Assembly (NCBI GenBank): GCA_946186185.1
Contig: CAMHMJ010000012.1
Coordinates: 4,220 to 68,219 of the forward strand
Origin: an uncultured Treponema sp.
Lineage (GTDB): Bacteria; Spirochaetota; Spirochaetia; Treponematales; Treponemataceae
DNA: 64,000 bases
Direction: 5' to 3'
This document shows, in pieces, positions 27,801 to 37,083 of the stretch (the stretch's first letter is position 1; every line of letters starts with the position of its first letter). Both the position numbers and the translations under genes were made by a program. A model generated the notes under the pieces. It made no database searches. It had not been told where the DNA came from and worked only from the letters and a program-made list of their open reading frames with translations.

Positions 27801-28086
27801 CTTAAAGGACTTCCTTAAAAAGGACGATTTAAAAATTCCTGAAAACCGTCATCTTGGTTTCTCTATGGGATTGTGTTCTAACCTTGACCTTGAAGATCCG
27901 GGAGATTTAAGCAGGGCAGTGGATTTTGCCGACAAGGCTTTGTATTACGTAAAGCAGCACGAAAAAGGCGATGTGGCAGTCTGGTCTGAAGTAAAGGATG
28001 AAATTAACGACGGAAAGTCCTACATAAAAGAGAAAAAAGACGGCTCAGATGACGATAGTGGTAATGACTGGGTTGATAACCGCTAG
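24850..28086 (+). CDS. Large TPR-like/helical-repeat sensor protein with C-terminal GGDEF diguanylate cyclase domain
   Basis: C-terminal GFIDLDNFKYYNDTFGHASGDYFIKLF...LRKIDFIARFGGDEFVLVM contains an intact GGDEF motif and an RxxD I-site 5 residues upstream. The N-terminal ~850 aa are helical-repeat-like. Confidence 0.85.
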   Translation: MNSLMTEIDDYIELIKTFILNSDESVLYLALNQSLMNEIPVRLGEDFFVRDLKNDITPLKPFFSIIQDMSLSEKQIKSHFYSLQMTPVKTYLKTGFAEEREDPIFEQEFFYETCRMLDSVVNIVNDYTDKNYIFLNAQFMFEESFNILKRLEKSKLNGKLIFCFDSINSEFTSPSVSSFMDRIGNKRNFLHIIVNENLKEISDKNNFMDSDNFSHTTSYKELISFDNIHALLKNYRLLCSYEQAKDFCDWTTKILQRASFNHIQKRNIYKEIAQIYYETGNPDEAVLFLNNIIDYEYDDELEVWAYYYMARVFSKKKANSIAQKYAILTQQKLQEQKDSPLYALSIMMEYFVINSIKSHNLTEKYREALRYLEKAGLINSFVATAVKIPWNLIINPNEKEYLFSILDKCFKYSKQLNNKHLYSSSCHWKAIVLSHNGGRDEAMKYLDECNKIRTEIGEIGPLLAIRNGLAYESLNRGYYIKAYETVNEISELLYKVKDFSTIIDTLKNLSYAIFYTRNYEVADNILSIIMYFLNLFSLTSSANNSFLPSVNDILIYRSLIALDANDFIHAKMNYLSITQNSINIASVDKPLLHFIRSILLLEEKNYDESIKEFQAGPDEYYELNENQEHKVVYMYFEYAKYLSRFGYMKEAVEVLEEGFKLAKKFNFTYYTKNKDKITMKDYLTGVEEIKPVKISMQFLVEKAEKDKLLNQLHGRIHEYQFLNKIRSYNSDNTGIKKYLEKVSSAISEYTMTKRIIIAENVDGNWKRLYNISQAGEKPLQDSIMSDLFSKALSHDDCQLFYDSDLEVYVSNLSKYDFCGAIIIVPGQLGLLDSETINILNISLTNIQAKIVMVRQNEHLLFVSSTDQLSLLKNRHSLEEHLSMESERISRFFTRKKVLLQFTIGFIDLDNFKYYNDTFGHASGDYFIKLFASLLKTTLRKIDFIARFGGDEFVLVMSDTNIEEGRHVYRRIQEGLETAGFFIPYLKDFLKKDDLKIPENRHLGFSMGLCSNLDLEDPGDLSRAVDFADKALYYVKQHEKGDVAVWSEVKDEINDGKSYIKEKKDGSDDDSGNDWVDNR

Positions 28087-28172
28087 AAAAGATTTTTTAC
28101 TTTTACGGCAGAATAGGGTTGCCTGATTTTTCTTTTCAAAAAGTACTAACAGCCTTCCTTTGAAAAAGACTT

Positions 28173-29558
28173 TTATTCCAGAATCGTTTCCTTCAACTTA
28201 AGTGCATTTTCATAGAAAACTTTTTCCATGTAATCCCCGAAGGACGATTTCAGTTCCTCCAGTTTGTCCATGAGTTCTTCAAGAGTTTTAAAGCCTCCGA
28301 AAATAATTTCGGAATAGCCCTGTTCCCTAAGCTGTTTTGCTTCAAGATTTTCAATCTGGTTTACTTTTTTTACAAAGTAGAGTTCTGAAAGTTTCTTGAG
28401 TTTTTCTTCTGAAAGCAGGGGAAACTTCATATTCATCGAATAAAGTTCTTCATTTTTCTGCGCTTTTTTTGCAGCAATTTTTTTGAAAACCGATGTTTCT
28501 TCAAATTCATTTTTTCCCAGGAAAGAAGAATAAATTAAAAGCTCGGGAAGAGACAGGTTCATGGCTGCGGCAGCAGTTTCCGTCATTCCGCTGATCCGTG
28601 AATTTATTTCGATTATGTACCATCTGGAATCGTGAAAAACCAGATCCACCTGGGCAATTCCGTTCAGATCAAGAAGCGCTGCAAGCCGTTCTAAATCCCG
28701 GTACAGGTCGTTAAGCCTGAAGTTTGGATTTGTAACCGGCCCCAGCTTTACGTTCTGTTTTGGACTTGTAAGGCCGAACTGGTTTACAGAATTGATAAGC
28801 AGGGGAGAAAAACTGTATTTTTTATTGCTTCCGTAAATTTCAATTCCAAAGGATGGGCCTGAAAGAAATTCTTCAATAAGCCGGTTTCCGTTTGTTTTTT
28901 TTGAATTAAGCACGTGAAAGGTTTCGTTTAAGGTTTTGCAGACATCCATTCCCCAGGAGCTTAATCCCGATGTATTTTTTACAACAAGGGGAAGGGTAAG
29001 CTTCTGAATCTGTGCTAAAATGAATTCCTTATACACATTTGAAGAAAGCTCCCTGTGACTCAGTTCAGTTCTGAACATCTGGAAATCAAGAAATACGGAT
29101 TTTGCACAGTTTAAATTGTTCTTTTTAAGGAAATCCGCCGTATTCTTTTTATCATAACAGATAAGACTTGTCTTTTCTGAATGGCAGGCGGTTTTTATTC
29201 CTTTTTTGTTCAGAATTGAAGCAATCAGACTGTCTTTTAATGAAAGCCAGTCGTAGGGCGGCGTCCAGAAGGTAACGGGTACCGCTAAATCAACGCTTTC
29301 TGATGCAATAACTTCTGCAATCTCTTCTGCGCTGGCTTCCTCACTTATTATCGTGAGCTTTATCTTTGAAGAGGCCTTTCCATTATCTAAAAGAAAACGC
29401 CCCGGAAACTGAACCACAAAACGAATTTCAATTTCCGGATAAGACTCTGCAAAAGAAGTCCAGTATTCCAGACTTGAGGGAATTTCAAAAAGAACCTGAG
29501 AAGGACTTCCTTCTTCCTGAGTTTTACAGGAGTTTGTACTGTAAAAAGTGATATTCAA
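28173..29558 (-). CDS. ATP-grasp domain protein of unknown substrate
   Basis: LPLVVKNTSGLSSWGMDVC, RLIEEFLSGPSFGIEIYG and AQVDLVFHDSRWYIIEINSRISG follow the ATP-grasp fold pattern. It has extra N-terminal (~130 aa) and C-terminal (~100 aa) regions. Confidence 0.7.
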   Translation of the reverse strand: MNITFYSTNSCKTQEEGSPSQVLFEIPSSLEYWTSFAESYPEIEIRFVVQFPGRFLLDNGKASSKIKLTIISEEASAEEIAEVIASESVDLAVPVTFWTPPYDWLSLKDSLIASILNKKGIKTACHSEKTSLICYDKKNTADFLKKNNLNCAKSVFLDFQMFRTELSHRELSSNVYKEFILAQIQKLTLPLVVKNTSGLSSWGMDVCKTLNETFHVLNSKKTNGNRLIEEFLSGPSFGIEIYGSNKKYSFSPLLINSVNQFGLTSPKQNVKLGPVTNPNFRLNDLYRDLERLAALLDLNGIAQVDLVFHDSRWYIIEINSRISGMTETAAAAMNLSLPELLIYSSFLGKNEFEETSVFKKIAAKKAQKNEELYSMNMKFPLLSEEKLKKLSELYFVKKVNQIENLEAKQLREQGYSEIIFGGFKTLEELMDKLEELKSSFGDYMEKVFYENALKLKETILE

Positions 29559-29583
29559 AAGTACCTCGGTTAGTTCTTAAGAA

Positions 29584-30297
29584 TTATTCAGAAACGGTAA
29601 AATCTGTAACCATGACCGCAACAATTCTCTGGCTGTAGAATACCTTTTCATTAATCATATTTTTGATTCGGATCTTCAGGTCATTTCTGTTTTCAATCTT
29701 TAATGAATCTTCATCAAGCTCAGAGAAGAAGGTATTAAGATTTTTTGAAATATGGGACTCTTTATCAAGAATAAGCTTTGAGGTTGCCTTATCGTTTCTG
29801 ATGAAGCCCAGCTGAATTTTTGCAGAAACAGTTTTTCCATTCTTTGAAGTAATCCTGTTGATTTCAAAATTCTTTTCGCACCAGTCAAGATTTTCCTGAA
29901 TTACAGAAAGATCCTCATTCTGCTTGCGTTCTTTATTTGATTCATCTTCCCGGAAGGTTAGCTGATTGTTTGAAATGTCTTCGATGATGATGGTTTCCGG
30001 ATAACTCCATACGTTGTTTTTAAGCATCAGCCTGTCACCGATTTTTGCAACGAAGGTAACGGGGTAGGTATGTGTGCCTTCCAGAGTTTCTTTTCCGGCA
30101 GGAGTTACAATCACATAAAAAGTGATTTCATAGTAATCCTTTGCGTTAGATGGCTTTACCGATGAAAGATAGATTGTATTTTTATGTAAATCTTCAGAAA
30201 CTGAAAATGCCCTTAATTTATCACCAACATATAAGGTTTCTGAAAAGCAGAGTGCTGATATAAAAATAAAAATGAAAAATGCTGACAAACGCTTCAT
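29584..30297 (-). CDS. Membrane-anchored protein with C-terminal FliL-like domain
   Basis: N-terminal anchor MKRLSAFFIFIFISALCF. The C-terminal SAKIQLGFIRNDKATSKLILDKESHISKNLNTFFSELDEDSLKIENRNDLKIRIKNMINEKVF..RIVAVMVTDFTVSE follows the FliL family pattern. Confidence 0.5.
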   Translation of the reverse strand: MKRLSAFFIFIFISALCFSETLYVGDKLRAFSVSEDLHKNTIYLSSVKPSNAKDYYEITFYVIVTPAGKETLEGTHTYPVTFVAKIGDRLMLKNNVWSYPETIIIEDISNNQLTFREDESNKERKQNEDLSVIQENLDWCEKNFEINRITSKNGKTVSAKIQLGFIRNDKATSKLILDKESHISKNLNTFFSELDEDSLKIENRNDLKIRIKNMINEKVFYSQRIVAVMVTDFTVSE

Positions 30298-30341
30298 AAA
30301 AACTCCCGTATAAATTCTGTTTGCAATTCAATCTGATAAAT

Positions 30342-30386
30342 AAAAAAAAGAGGGCATTCAATTATAAAAATTGAAAAAATCCCTCT
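30342..30386 (-). terminator. Intrinsic terminator after rpsU
   Basis: On the minus strand, the stem AGAGGG...CCCTCT (30381-30386 pairing with 30349-30354) is followed by a run of eight T. Confidence 0.6.
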
Positions 30387-30411
30387 TTGTTACTTAGAAT
30401 AAACTAATCAA

Positions 30412-30618
30412 TTAGTATTCCTTTTTTTCTGCCTTGCGCTTTTTGTTCAAAAGCTTTCTTTCCAAAGTAGTTTTCTTCTGGTGAAGGGTAGCAGACGGTT
30501 TTACAAAGTATTCGCGTTTCTTATATTCGCGGATGATTCCTTCTTTTTCAACCATTCTCTTAAAGCGTTTAATTGCTTTTTCAAGGTTCTCTGAATCTTC
30601 AACTGTGATTGTAGCCAT
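30412..30618 (-). CDS. rpsU: 30S ribosomal protein bS21
   Basis: The 68-aa basic protein [42 protein letters not shown]...KKRKAEKK matches the S21 pattern. GGAGG RBS upstream. Confidence 0.93.
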   Translation of the reverse strand: MATITVEDSENLEKAIKRFKRMVEKEGIIREYKKREYFVKPSATLHQKKTTLERKLLNKKRKAEKKEY

Positions 30619-30662
30619 ATTTTCACCTCCTTCTATTCGGGGGAAACCGTAATATTAGACAT

Positions 30663-30692
30663 AATATATCAAAAAAACGCACTCTTGGTCAA
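30663..30692 (-). promoter_or_regulatory. Candidate sigma-70-type promoter for rpsU
   Basis: The minus strand reads TTGACC (30687-30692), an 18-nt spacer, then TATATT (30663-30668). This has the same form as the promoters upstream of both tRNAs. Confidence 0.4.
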
Positions 30693-30783
30693 CAGGCATG
30701 CACATTATAGTTGTATTGGCAAGAAACGGCTCCAGCTAAAATCCTTCTGATAAAAAGAGAACCAAAATACGGGGAACGCTTTT

Positions 30784-31482
30784 CTAATTTCCGTACCAGG
30801 CGGCAGCTGTCTGATCTGCTGTCTGAAGGAGAAGTACCAGCGGGTTTTCAAGGAAATTTGAATAGTTGATTTCTTCAATTCCGCTTAAATCAGAAAAGCC
30901 CATATGGCGGCTTACTGCTTCAAGAAGGGGCCGGTTATTTATGTAGGAAGAATCTACTTCAAGAAGGCGAAGTACGGATTCATTTCCGTGTCCAAGATTT
31001 CTGGAATCTTCCTTTGTTTTGTAATAGAGTTTTTTAACCCAGTTACCTGTGTAATCCTTTGTATTTCTGTAATTGATTTCGTAAGTATCCGCTTTGCAGA
31101 AATCGTGGCTTAAAGCGGCAACAAATATATCCTGAAAGGTGAAGGACCATTTTTCAGAAAGCCGGGTCTTAAGGAAATCTGAAAGAAGGGGGCGGGCAAA
31201 TTTTACGCTCTGATAAATAACCTGAAGGGTGTGAACAGCAAGCCCTGATTCAAAATTACCGTGAAAGCGGGTGGAAGCAGGAGTTTTCCAGAAATCGTAT
31301 TTCTCCATCCAGGTTAAGAATTTTTCTTTTTTATCCGGGACAGCAAATTCAAGAAGCTTTTCGTACACCTCTTTAATTTTCTGCAGATTAAAATCAGAAC
31401 CGTTTACGGGCATTACTTCTTCACAGAGCTTCTGCATTGTTTCGCAGGAGGTAAAAGTCATTTCAATTTCTTCATTAGTCAT
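30784..31482 (-). CDS. HD-domain phosphohydrolase-superfamily protein
   Basis: STRFHGNFESGLAVHTLQV and AALSHDFCK supply the H...HD metal-binding pattern, with GHGNESV downstream. Confidence 0.65.
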   Translation of the reverse strand: MTNEEIEMTFTSCETMQKLCEEVMPVNGSDFNLQKIKEVYEKLLEFAVPDKKEKFLTWMEKYDFWKTPASTRFHGNFESGLAVHTLQVIYQSVKFARPLLSDFLKTRLSEKWSFTFQDIFVAALSHDFCKADTYEINYRNTKDYTGNWVKKLYYKTKEDSRNLGHGNESVLRLLEVDSSYINNRPLLEAVSRHMGFSDLSGIEEINYSNFLENPLVLLLQTADQTAAAWYGN

Positions 31483-31572
31483 AGTCTGAGTATATTATAG
31501 ATATTTTCAATAAGAGTATATAGTAAAGACAGAGTATTTCATATTTACACTTTTTCTAACTTCCATAATAAT

Positions 31573-31803
31573 GTGGCTATGACTAAGGAAGAGTTCAGGT
31601 TTTTGATAGATACAAAAAAGCCTTTTGAGTTTTCATATAAAAATAAAAATTATAACCTTACATTCGGAAAAGATGACCAGGGTAAAGAATACATTGCCTT
31701 TGGGGAGCGCTATATGCAGAAAAACTATTATTCCTGGGGCGATCTTATGAATCAGGCAAAAGTTGAAAACAGCTTTTTAAGAGAAATGCTGGAGGAGCTT
31801 TAG
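31573..31803 (+). CDS. Small hypothetical protein (76 aa)
   Basis: Intergenic ORF with plausible composition. GTG at 31573 or ATG at 31579. No family recognised. Confidence 0.4.
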   Translation: MAMTKEEFRFLIDTKKPFEFSYKNKNYNLTFGKDDQGKEYIAFGERYMQKNYYSWGDLMNQAKVENSFLREMLEEL

Positions 31804-31815
31804 GCATAAAAACGA

Positions 31816-33156
31816 ATGAAAAAAACTGAAATCGACATGACGGAAGGTTCCGTTTTATATAAATTACTTACTTTTTCAATTCCCATAATTTTTTCAAGTA
31901 TATTACAGCTTCTTTTTAACACGGCTGATATTATTGTAGTGGGCCGTTTTGCAGGAGAAGTTGCCCTTGCAGCGGTAGGATCGACTACTTCCCTTATTAA
32001 TCTTCTGGTAAATCTTTTTATCGGGCTTTCCATCGGAGCGAATGTAGTCTGCGCTCACTTTTATGGCGCAAAGGATGAAAAACAGATTTCAGAAACTGTA
32101 GAAACCGCCATGACCTTAAGCCTTGTTTCCGGAGTTATTCTGACGGTTTTTGGAATGATTGGAGCCCGCCTTATCTTAATGCTTATGCTGGTTCCACCGG
32201 AGGTTCTTCCATTAAGTACGGTTTATCTTCAATATTACTTTGCAGGAATTACAAGCACAATGGTGTACAATTTTTCCAGTGCCTTATTGCGGGCAAAAGG
32301 GGACACACGGCGGCCTTTATTTGCCCTTCTTTTTTCCGGAGTAATAAACGTTCTTTTAAATCTTGTATTTGTTATTTTTTTTAAGATGAGCGTAAAGGGG
32401 GTTGCACTTGCTACCGTAATTTCCCAGACAATTGCCGCAGCCATCGTTACTGTGCTTTTAATGAGGGAGAAAACTGAATTCCGCCTCAGCCTTAAAAAGC
32501 TTCACATTTCACGGGAGATTTTAATAAAAATAATCAAGGTCGGAGTTCCGGCGGGGCTTCAGGGAATAATTTTTGCTTCTTCCAATGTAATCATTCAGTC
32601 CCAGGTTAATTCCTTCGGTTCCATTGTAATTGCAGGAAATTCCGCCAGCTCCAGTATCGAAAGCTTTGTTTTTCTTTCCATGAACAGCCTTTCCCAGGGA
32701 ACATTAACCTTTGCTTCCCAGAATGCAGGTGCCCATAAAATTGACCGCATAAAAAGATTATTTTTTGTTTCTCAGGGCTGTGAAATTGTCATCGGACTTC
32801 TTTTAGGCTTTACGGCAGTTTTATTTTCAAAAAGTCTCCTTGGAATCTATTCGGATAATCCGGAAGTTATTCTTTCCGGTGCCGTCCGCCTTAAAATGAT
32901 CTGCTCGATTTATGCGCTTTGCGGAGTAATGGACTGCGCCGCAAACCTTATACGGGGAACAGGACATTCAGTGCTTCCCATGGTTGTTACCCTTATTGGA
33001 GCCTGCGGAATAAGGCTTCTCTGGATTTTTACGGTATTTCAGATTCCTGCTTTTCACACACTTTCATGTCTGTACCTTTCGTACCCGGTTTCCTGGGCAG
33101 TAACATACATTGTGCACGTTTTCTGCTTTGTAAAAATTTACAGAAATATGATATAA
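31816..33156 (+). CDS. MATE-family efflux transporter
   Basis: 12-TM protein with the typical MATE N-terminus (GSVLYKLLTFSIPIIFSSILQLLFNTADIIVVGRF) and a duplicated 6-TM architecture. Confidence 0.88.
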   Translation: MKKTEIDMTEGSVLYKLLTFSIPIIFSSILQLLFNTADIIVVGRFAGEVALAAVGSTTSLINLLVNLFIGLSIGANVVCAHFYGAKDEKQISETVETAMTLSLVSGVILTVFGMIGARLILMLMLVPPEVLPLSTVYLQYYFAGITSTMVYNFSSALLRAKGDTRRPLFALLFSGVINVLLNLVFVIFFKMSVKGVALATVISQTIAAAIVTVLLMREKTEFRLSLKKLHISREILIKIIKVGVPAGLQGIIFASSNVIIQSQVNSFGSIVIAGNSASSSIESFVFLSMNSLSQGTLTFASQNAGAHKIDRIKRLFFVSQGCEIVIGLLLGFTAVLFSKSLLGIYSDNPEVILSGAVRLKMICSIYALCGVMDCAANLIRGTGHSVLPMVVTLIGACGIRLLWIFTVFQIPAFHTLSCLYLSYPVSWAVTYIVHVFCFVKIYRNMI

Positions 33157-33208
33157 TAGTTTAAATTCGCATATATTAAATAAAGAGGAAAATTAAAGAG
33201 GTAAAAAA

Positions 33209-35872
33209 ATGGGCAGTAGAGAGAAAACAAAAAAAAATCCGGTTTTAGTATTTCTTAAAATAGTTGGAATATTTCTGCTTTCGCTTCTTATTTTACTGGC
33301 AGGTTATTTCTGCTATTGCGCTCTGGACAGAAAAAAGTCTGTAAACTATATTCCGGAAGGTTTTTCTGCCGTTGTTTCAATCGATAATCTTTATAAGGCT
33401 ACAAATCCTCTGCTGGATTTGAAGGCTGCAGATATTTACCTTTCTTCTCAAAAAAATCTTGAAAGCTTTCTGCCATATCTTTACACCGCCCGAAAATCTC
33501 CATTAAGGAAAAATCCCTTTGTAAAGCTTCTGCTTGGACGAAAGGTTCAGGCTTCATTGTATACGACAAATCCGGAAACCGCAGATTTTGCAGTGGTTAC
33601 TGATTTAGGCTGGTTTTCCGGCTTTACCCGACCCCTTCCCCTGGTTTATCCGGTATTAAGCAAATTCGGGATTCTTCAGGAAAAAAGGGATAACCTGACA
33701 ATTTATTCCTACAAAGATGAAGAGGCGGGTTTTGAAATCTATTTTTCTGCATTAAAAAATCTTGTTCTTGTTTCCATGAACAAAGAGCTTCTGGAAACCG
33801 CTTTCAGCAGTGAAAATCCAAAATATAATTTTTCTGATAAAATTGTCTCACTTTCTAAAACCGATTCAAATCCGGTAAAAATCTTTTTAAATGCACGGCA
33901 GCTTGTTTCGGATCTTAAGGCTCAGAATGCAGAAGAAGAGTTTTATCCGGTGCTGGAAAATCTTGTTTCCAAGGAGGAGCTTTCGGTTCTCACACTGGAT
34001 ATAAAAGATTCTTCCATGTCTTTGCAGGCCCTTCTTCCAACGGACACAGATATTGAGCAGGAAGAATATCAGAAGCTTCTTGAAATCTTAAAAACTGATA
34101 TTCAGGTTCCTTCGATTATATCCCGGCTTTCAAGCTCCGTTCAGTATTACACGATTTTGAATGCAGCACCTTTTGAAAAGCTGAAGGATGCTCTTTTGCC
34201 GGTACTACCAAACGGGAAAAAATATCAGGAGCTCTGGAAATCTTCAAACGATCTTACAAAATCTTTTTTGAATAATACTCTTGAAGAACTCCTGTTTTCG
34301 TGGACAGGAAAAGAAGTGTGTGTATTCGGTCTTGAGGGAATTACTTCTCCTGTTTTTGCCCTTCAGATTCAGAATGAAGAAAAAAGAAGCCAGGTTTTCG
34401 AAAAGCTTTCAAGTTCACTTATAATGCGGGATGACACAAGCCTGATTTTAAACGGAGTTCGCCTTCCGAAGCTGGTTTTCCCGGATTATATTCAGAACCT
34501 TTTAAAAGCCTTTGGAAAGAACATTAAGGGTGTTTACTACATTGTTTCCAACGGCTTTATCTATTTTTCAGAATCTCCGGAACCTCTTTCCCAGGTTTTC
34601 AATTCTTCCCTTACTGAAAGAATTTCAAAGAATATGAACTGGAAATCGGTTCTTCCAGCTTCAAATGCTTCAATGATAAGTCTTTTCTACGATCTTGAAA
34701 GAAGCATTCCTTTCTTCTTAAAGCAGAAGTCCGTTGTTTCTGATATTCTTTCCCTTTATTCAATCGGTCGTTTTGATGTCCAGCTTTCTGACGGAACCTT
34801 CCGGGTAACCTTAAATGCTTCCGGAAAACGCTTTGCACTTCGTTCAAGTATTCCTGGTTTCCCAATTGAACTTGAAGGTGAAGCCGGCGGAAATCTTGTC
34901 TGTTCTTCAGGTAATTCAAAAGAAAAAACGGTTTACTGGGTTGAAGACCTTAAAAATATTAAAGGATACAATGTTCAGACCGGAAAGAAATATTCCTTCG
35001 AATGTTCCGGAGAATGCAGCATTACACAGGCAGTTCACTCAAAGCAGGGAGGGCTCTGGGCACTTACTAAAAACTCTGAAGTATACCTCTTTGATGAAGA
35101 GCTGAATTTAAAGCCGAATTTCCCGGTATATCTGGACTATAAAAGCTCTGCAGAACCGTCGGGAAGTCAGGAAGGACTCATTATTCCTCTTGTAAACGGA
35201 AACCTCTGCTATGTTTCACCGGATGCAAGTCAGGAAGAAGTTCAGCTGAACCTTTCCGGACAGATAAAATCAAAGCCCTTTGTTTCCGGAAAAACTGTCC
35301 TGGTTTACGAAAAGGGCTTCATCGGAAAAATCCACAAAATTGAAGGAAAGAATTATAATTCTGACTCAGTGCTTTCAATTTCCGGAGTGTGCTATGGAAG
35401 CCCGGTTTTGTATAAAAAAGGAAAGACTGAATATATTTCAATGATAACCCAGAACGGAAACCTTTACCTCTGGGAAAACGGGGAGGTAAAATCCGGCTTC
35501 CCGTTAAAGCTTCCTGGGGTTTTCTTCTCGAATGTAGTTCATAACGGAAATTACCTTTTTGCAATTTCAGATACGGCGGAGCTCTTTAGAATTTCAAATG
35601 AAGGAGCCTTTATGTCCGTAAAAATCCCTGACGCAGCCTGCAGGGAAGGCTTCCTTTCTGCATTAAAAATGAATGAAAAAGGCAATATGAATGTTTTTGT
35701 AAGTCTTGACGGAAACTCTTTATATGGATTTAATGAAAATCTGGAATTGCTGCCGTTTTTCCCTGTTTCAGGCTGGAAAAATCCGGTATTTACGGATGTA
35801 AACGGAGATTCAAGATCTGACATAATCCTTTTGACAGCGGACGACAAGCTTGCAGCCTGGAGTGTTGAGTAA
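33209..35872 (+). CDS. Large hypothetical membrane-anchored protein with C-terminal beta-propeller / FG-GAP-like repeats
   Basis: N-terminal TM helix. C-terminal repeats NGNLYLWENGEVKSGFPLKLPG, GNSLYGFNENLELLPFFPVSG and VNGDSRSDIILLTADDKLAAW. Confidence 0.65.
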   Translation: MGSREKTKKNPVLVFLKIVGIFLLSLLILLAGYFCYCALDRKKSVNYIPEGFSAVVSIDNLYKATNPLLDLKAADIYLSSQKNLESFLPYLYTARKSPLRKNPFVKLLLGRKVQASLYTTNPETADFAVVTDLGWFSGFTRPLPLVYPVLSKFGILQEKRDNLTIYSYKDEEAGFEIYFSALKNLVLVSMNKELLETAFSSENPKYNFSDKIVSLSKTDSNPVKIFLNARQLVSDLKAQNAEEEFYPVLENLVSKEELSVLTLDIKDSSMSLQALLPTDTDIEQEEYQKLLEILKTDIQVPSIISRLSSSVQYYTILNAAPFEKLKDALLPVLPNGKKYQELWKSSNDLTKSFLNNTLEELLFSWTGKEVCVFGLEGITSPVFALQIQNEEKRSQVFEKLSSSLIMRDDTSLILNGVRLPKLVFPDYIQNLLKAFGKNIKGVYYIVSNGFIYFSESPEPLSQVFNSSLTERISKNMNWKSVLPASNASMISLFYDLERSIPFFLKQKSVVSDILSLYSIGRFDVQLSDGTFRVTLNASGKRFALRSSIPGFPIELEGEAGGNLVCSSGNSKEKTVYWVEDLKNIKGYNVQTGKKYSFECSGECSITQAVHSKQGGLWALTKNSEVYLFDEELNLKPNFPVYLDYKSSAEPSGSQEGLIIPLVNGNLCYVSPDASQEEVQLNLSGQIKSKPFVSGKTVLVYEKGFIGKIHKIEGKNYNSDSVLSISGVCYGSPVLYKKGKTEYISMITQNGNLYLWENGEVKSGFPLKLPGVFFSNVVHNGNYLFAISDTAELFRISNEGAFMSVKIPDAACREGFLSALKMNEKGNMNVFVSLDGNSLYGFNENLELLPFFPVSGWKNPVFTDVNGDSRSDIILLTADDKLAAWSVE

Positions 35873-35886
35873 GTAAGGAGATAATT

Positions 35887-37005
35887 TTGAAAAAGAAGTT
35901 TAATGTATCAGGTCAGTTTTTTGAGTTCTCTGCGGGCACTATTTTTTCATTTGTTGCCATGCTATTTTTATCCTGCCAGTCCCTGCAGCAGGATAAATAC
36001 GTTTTGATTCAGGAAGGTCAGGAAGAAATTGTTGAGGTAGAATTGAAAATAGCTTCCCTTGAAACCTCCTGGCTCTTGTCAGAAACCGGTGATGAGGAGT
36101 TTTTTACTTCCCTGGATTCCTGCATAAAAAAGATTGATTCCCTTCTTTCAGAACAGAAGGTGGAGCAGGAAGCCCTTTCAAAGCTTACTGCCCTTAAAGG
36201 AAAATGTCTCCTTCTGGAAGGCAAAAAAACAAGTGCAAAAAACTGCTATGATAAAGCGGCTTCTCTTTACAAGGGTGAAGTTAATACGGTTATTCTTTCA
36301 GCAAGGCTTGGTCTTACAAAAGAAGATATAGAATCCCTTACAATTTCAAGTGACCTTCATGGCTTTTTAACTCTGGAAAAAGCCATGAATCTGTATCAGA
36401 AAAAAGAATACAGAAAAGCCGGCGCAAAATTCGATGAAGCATTTATCAGTATTCCGCTTCCGTACCGCCAGTGCTATGAAAAAATTCGAAATTCCTGCTG
36501 GTCTTTACGGGAAAGTTCCGGCTCTTCCGGCGAAACAGGCAATCTGATTAAAAAAGAAAAAATTACTCTTGGTCAGATGCTGATTTTAACCCAGAGTTCC
36601 GGGGAAATTCTTTACAAATACACAGCTTCCAAGTCTCTTAATGAAGCAGAATTGTTCCGGAGAACAGAAAAAGCCGGACTTTTTACTCCATATCAGGCTT
36701 CAGCAACAGAAGAAACAAAGCTTACAAAAGAAACTCTTCTTACCCGACGGCTTTTTGCCCGTTTTGTCTGGAATTTAAAGCATGACTTAAAGCTTACAAA
36801 GGGTGAAAAAAATAAATACTCCAAGGCCTTTGAAGCTTCCAGGGAATCGCCGGTGCTTGATATTCCTTATGACGACAGAGACTTTGATGCAATCTTAGGT
36901 TCCGTAGAAGAAGAAATCTTAGAGCTTCCGGATGCACAGAATTTCTATCCTGAAAAATACGTTTCCGGAAGCGAGTGCAACAAGGCAATTAAGAAATTAA
37001 AATAG
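35887..37005 (+). CDS. Hypothetical lipoprotein
   Basis: TTG start with AAGGAG 7 nt upstream. MLFLSCQS is lipobox-like. The helical, TPR-like middle belongs to no family I recognise. Confidence 0.55.
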   Translation: MKKKFNVSGQFFEFSAGTIFSFVAMLFLSCQSLQQDKYVLIQEGQEEIVEVELKIASLETSWLLSETGDEEFFTSLDSCIKKIDSLLSEQKVEQEALSKLTALKGKCLLLEGKKTSAKNCYDKAASLYKGEVNTVILSARLGLTKEDIESLTISSDLHGFLTLEKAMNLYQKKEYRKAGAKFDEAFISIPLPYRQCYEKIRNSCWSLRESSGSSGETGNLIKKEKITLGQMLILTQSSGEILYKYTASKSLNEAELFRRTEKAGLFTPYQASATEETKLTKETLLTRRLFARFVWNLKHDLKLTKGEKNKYSKAFEASRESPVLDIPYDDRDFDAILGSVEEEILELPDAQNFYPEKYVSGSECNKAIKKLK

Positions 37006-37083
37006 ATTTCCCTTTGTAATTTCTTAAAAAATCCTTTCGGGGACTTGCGTATTTCTCTTCTTTTTTTGTAGAATGTGAGTCTT

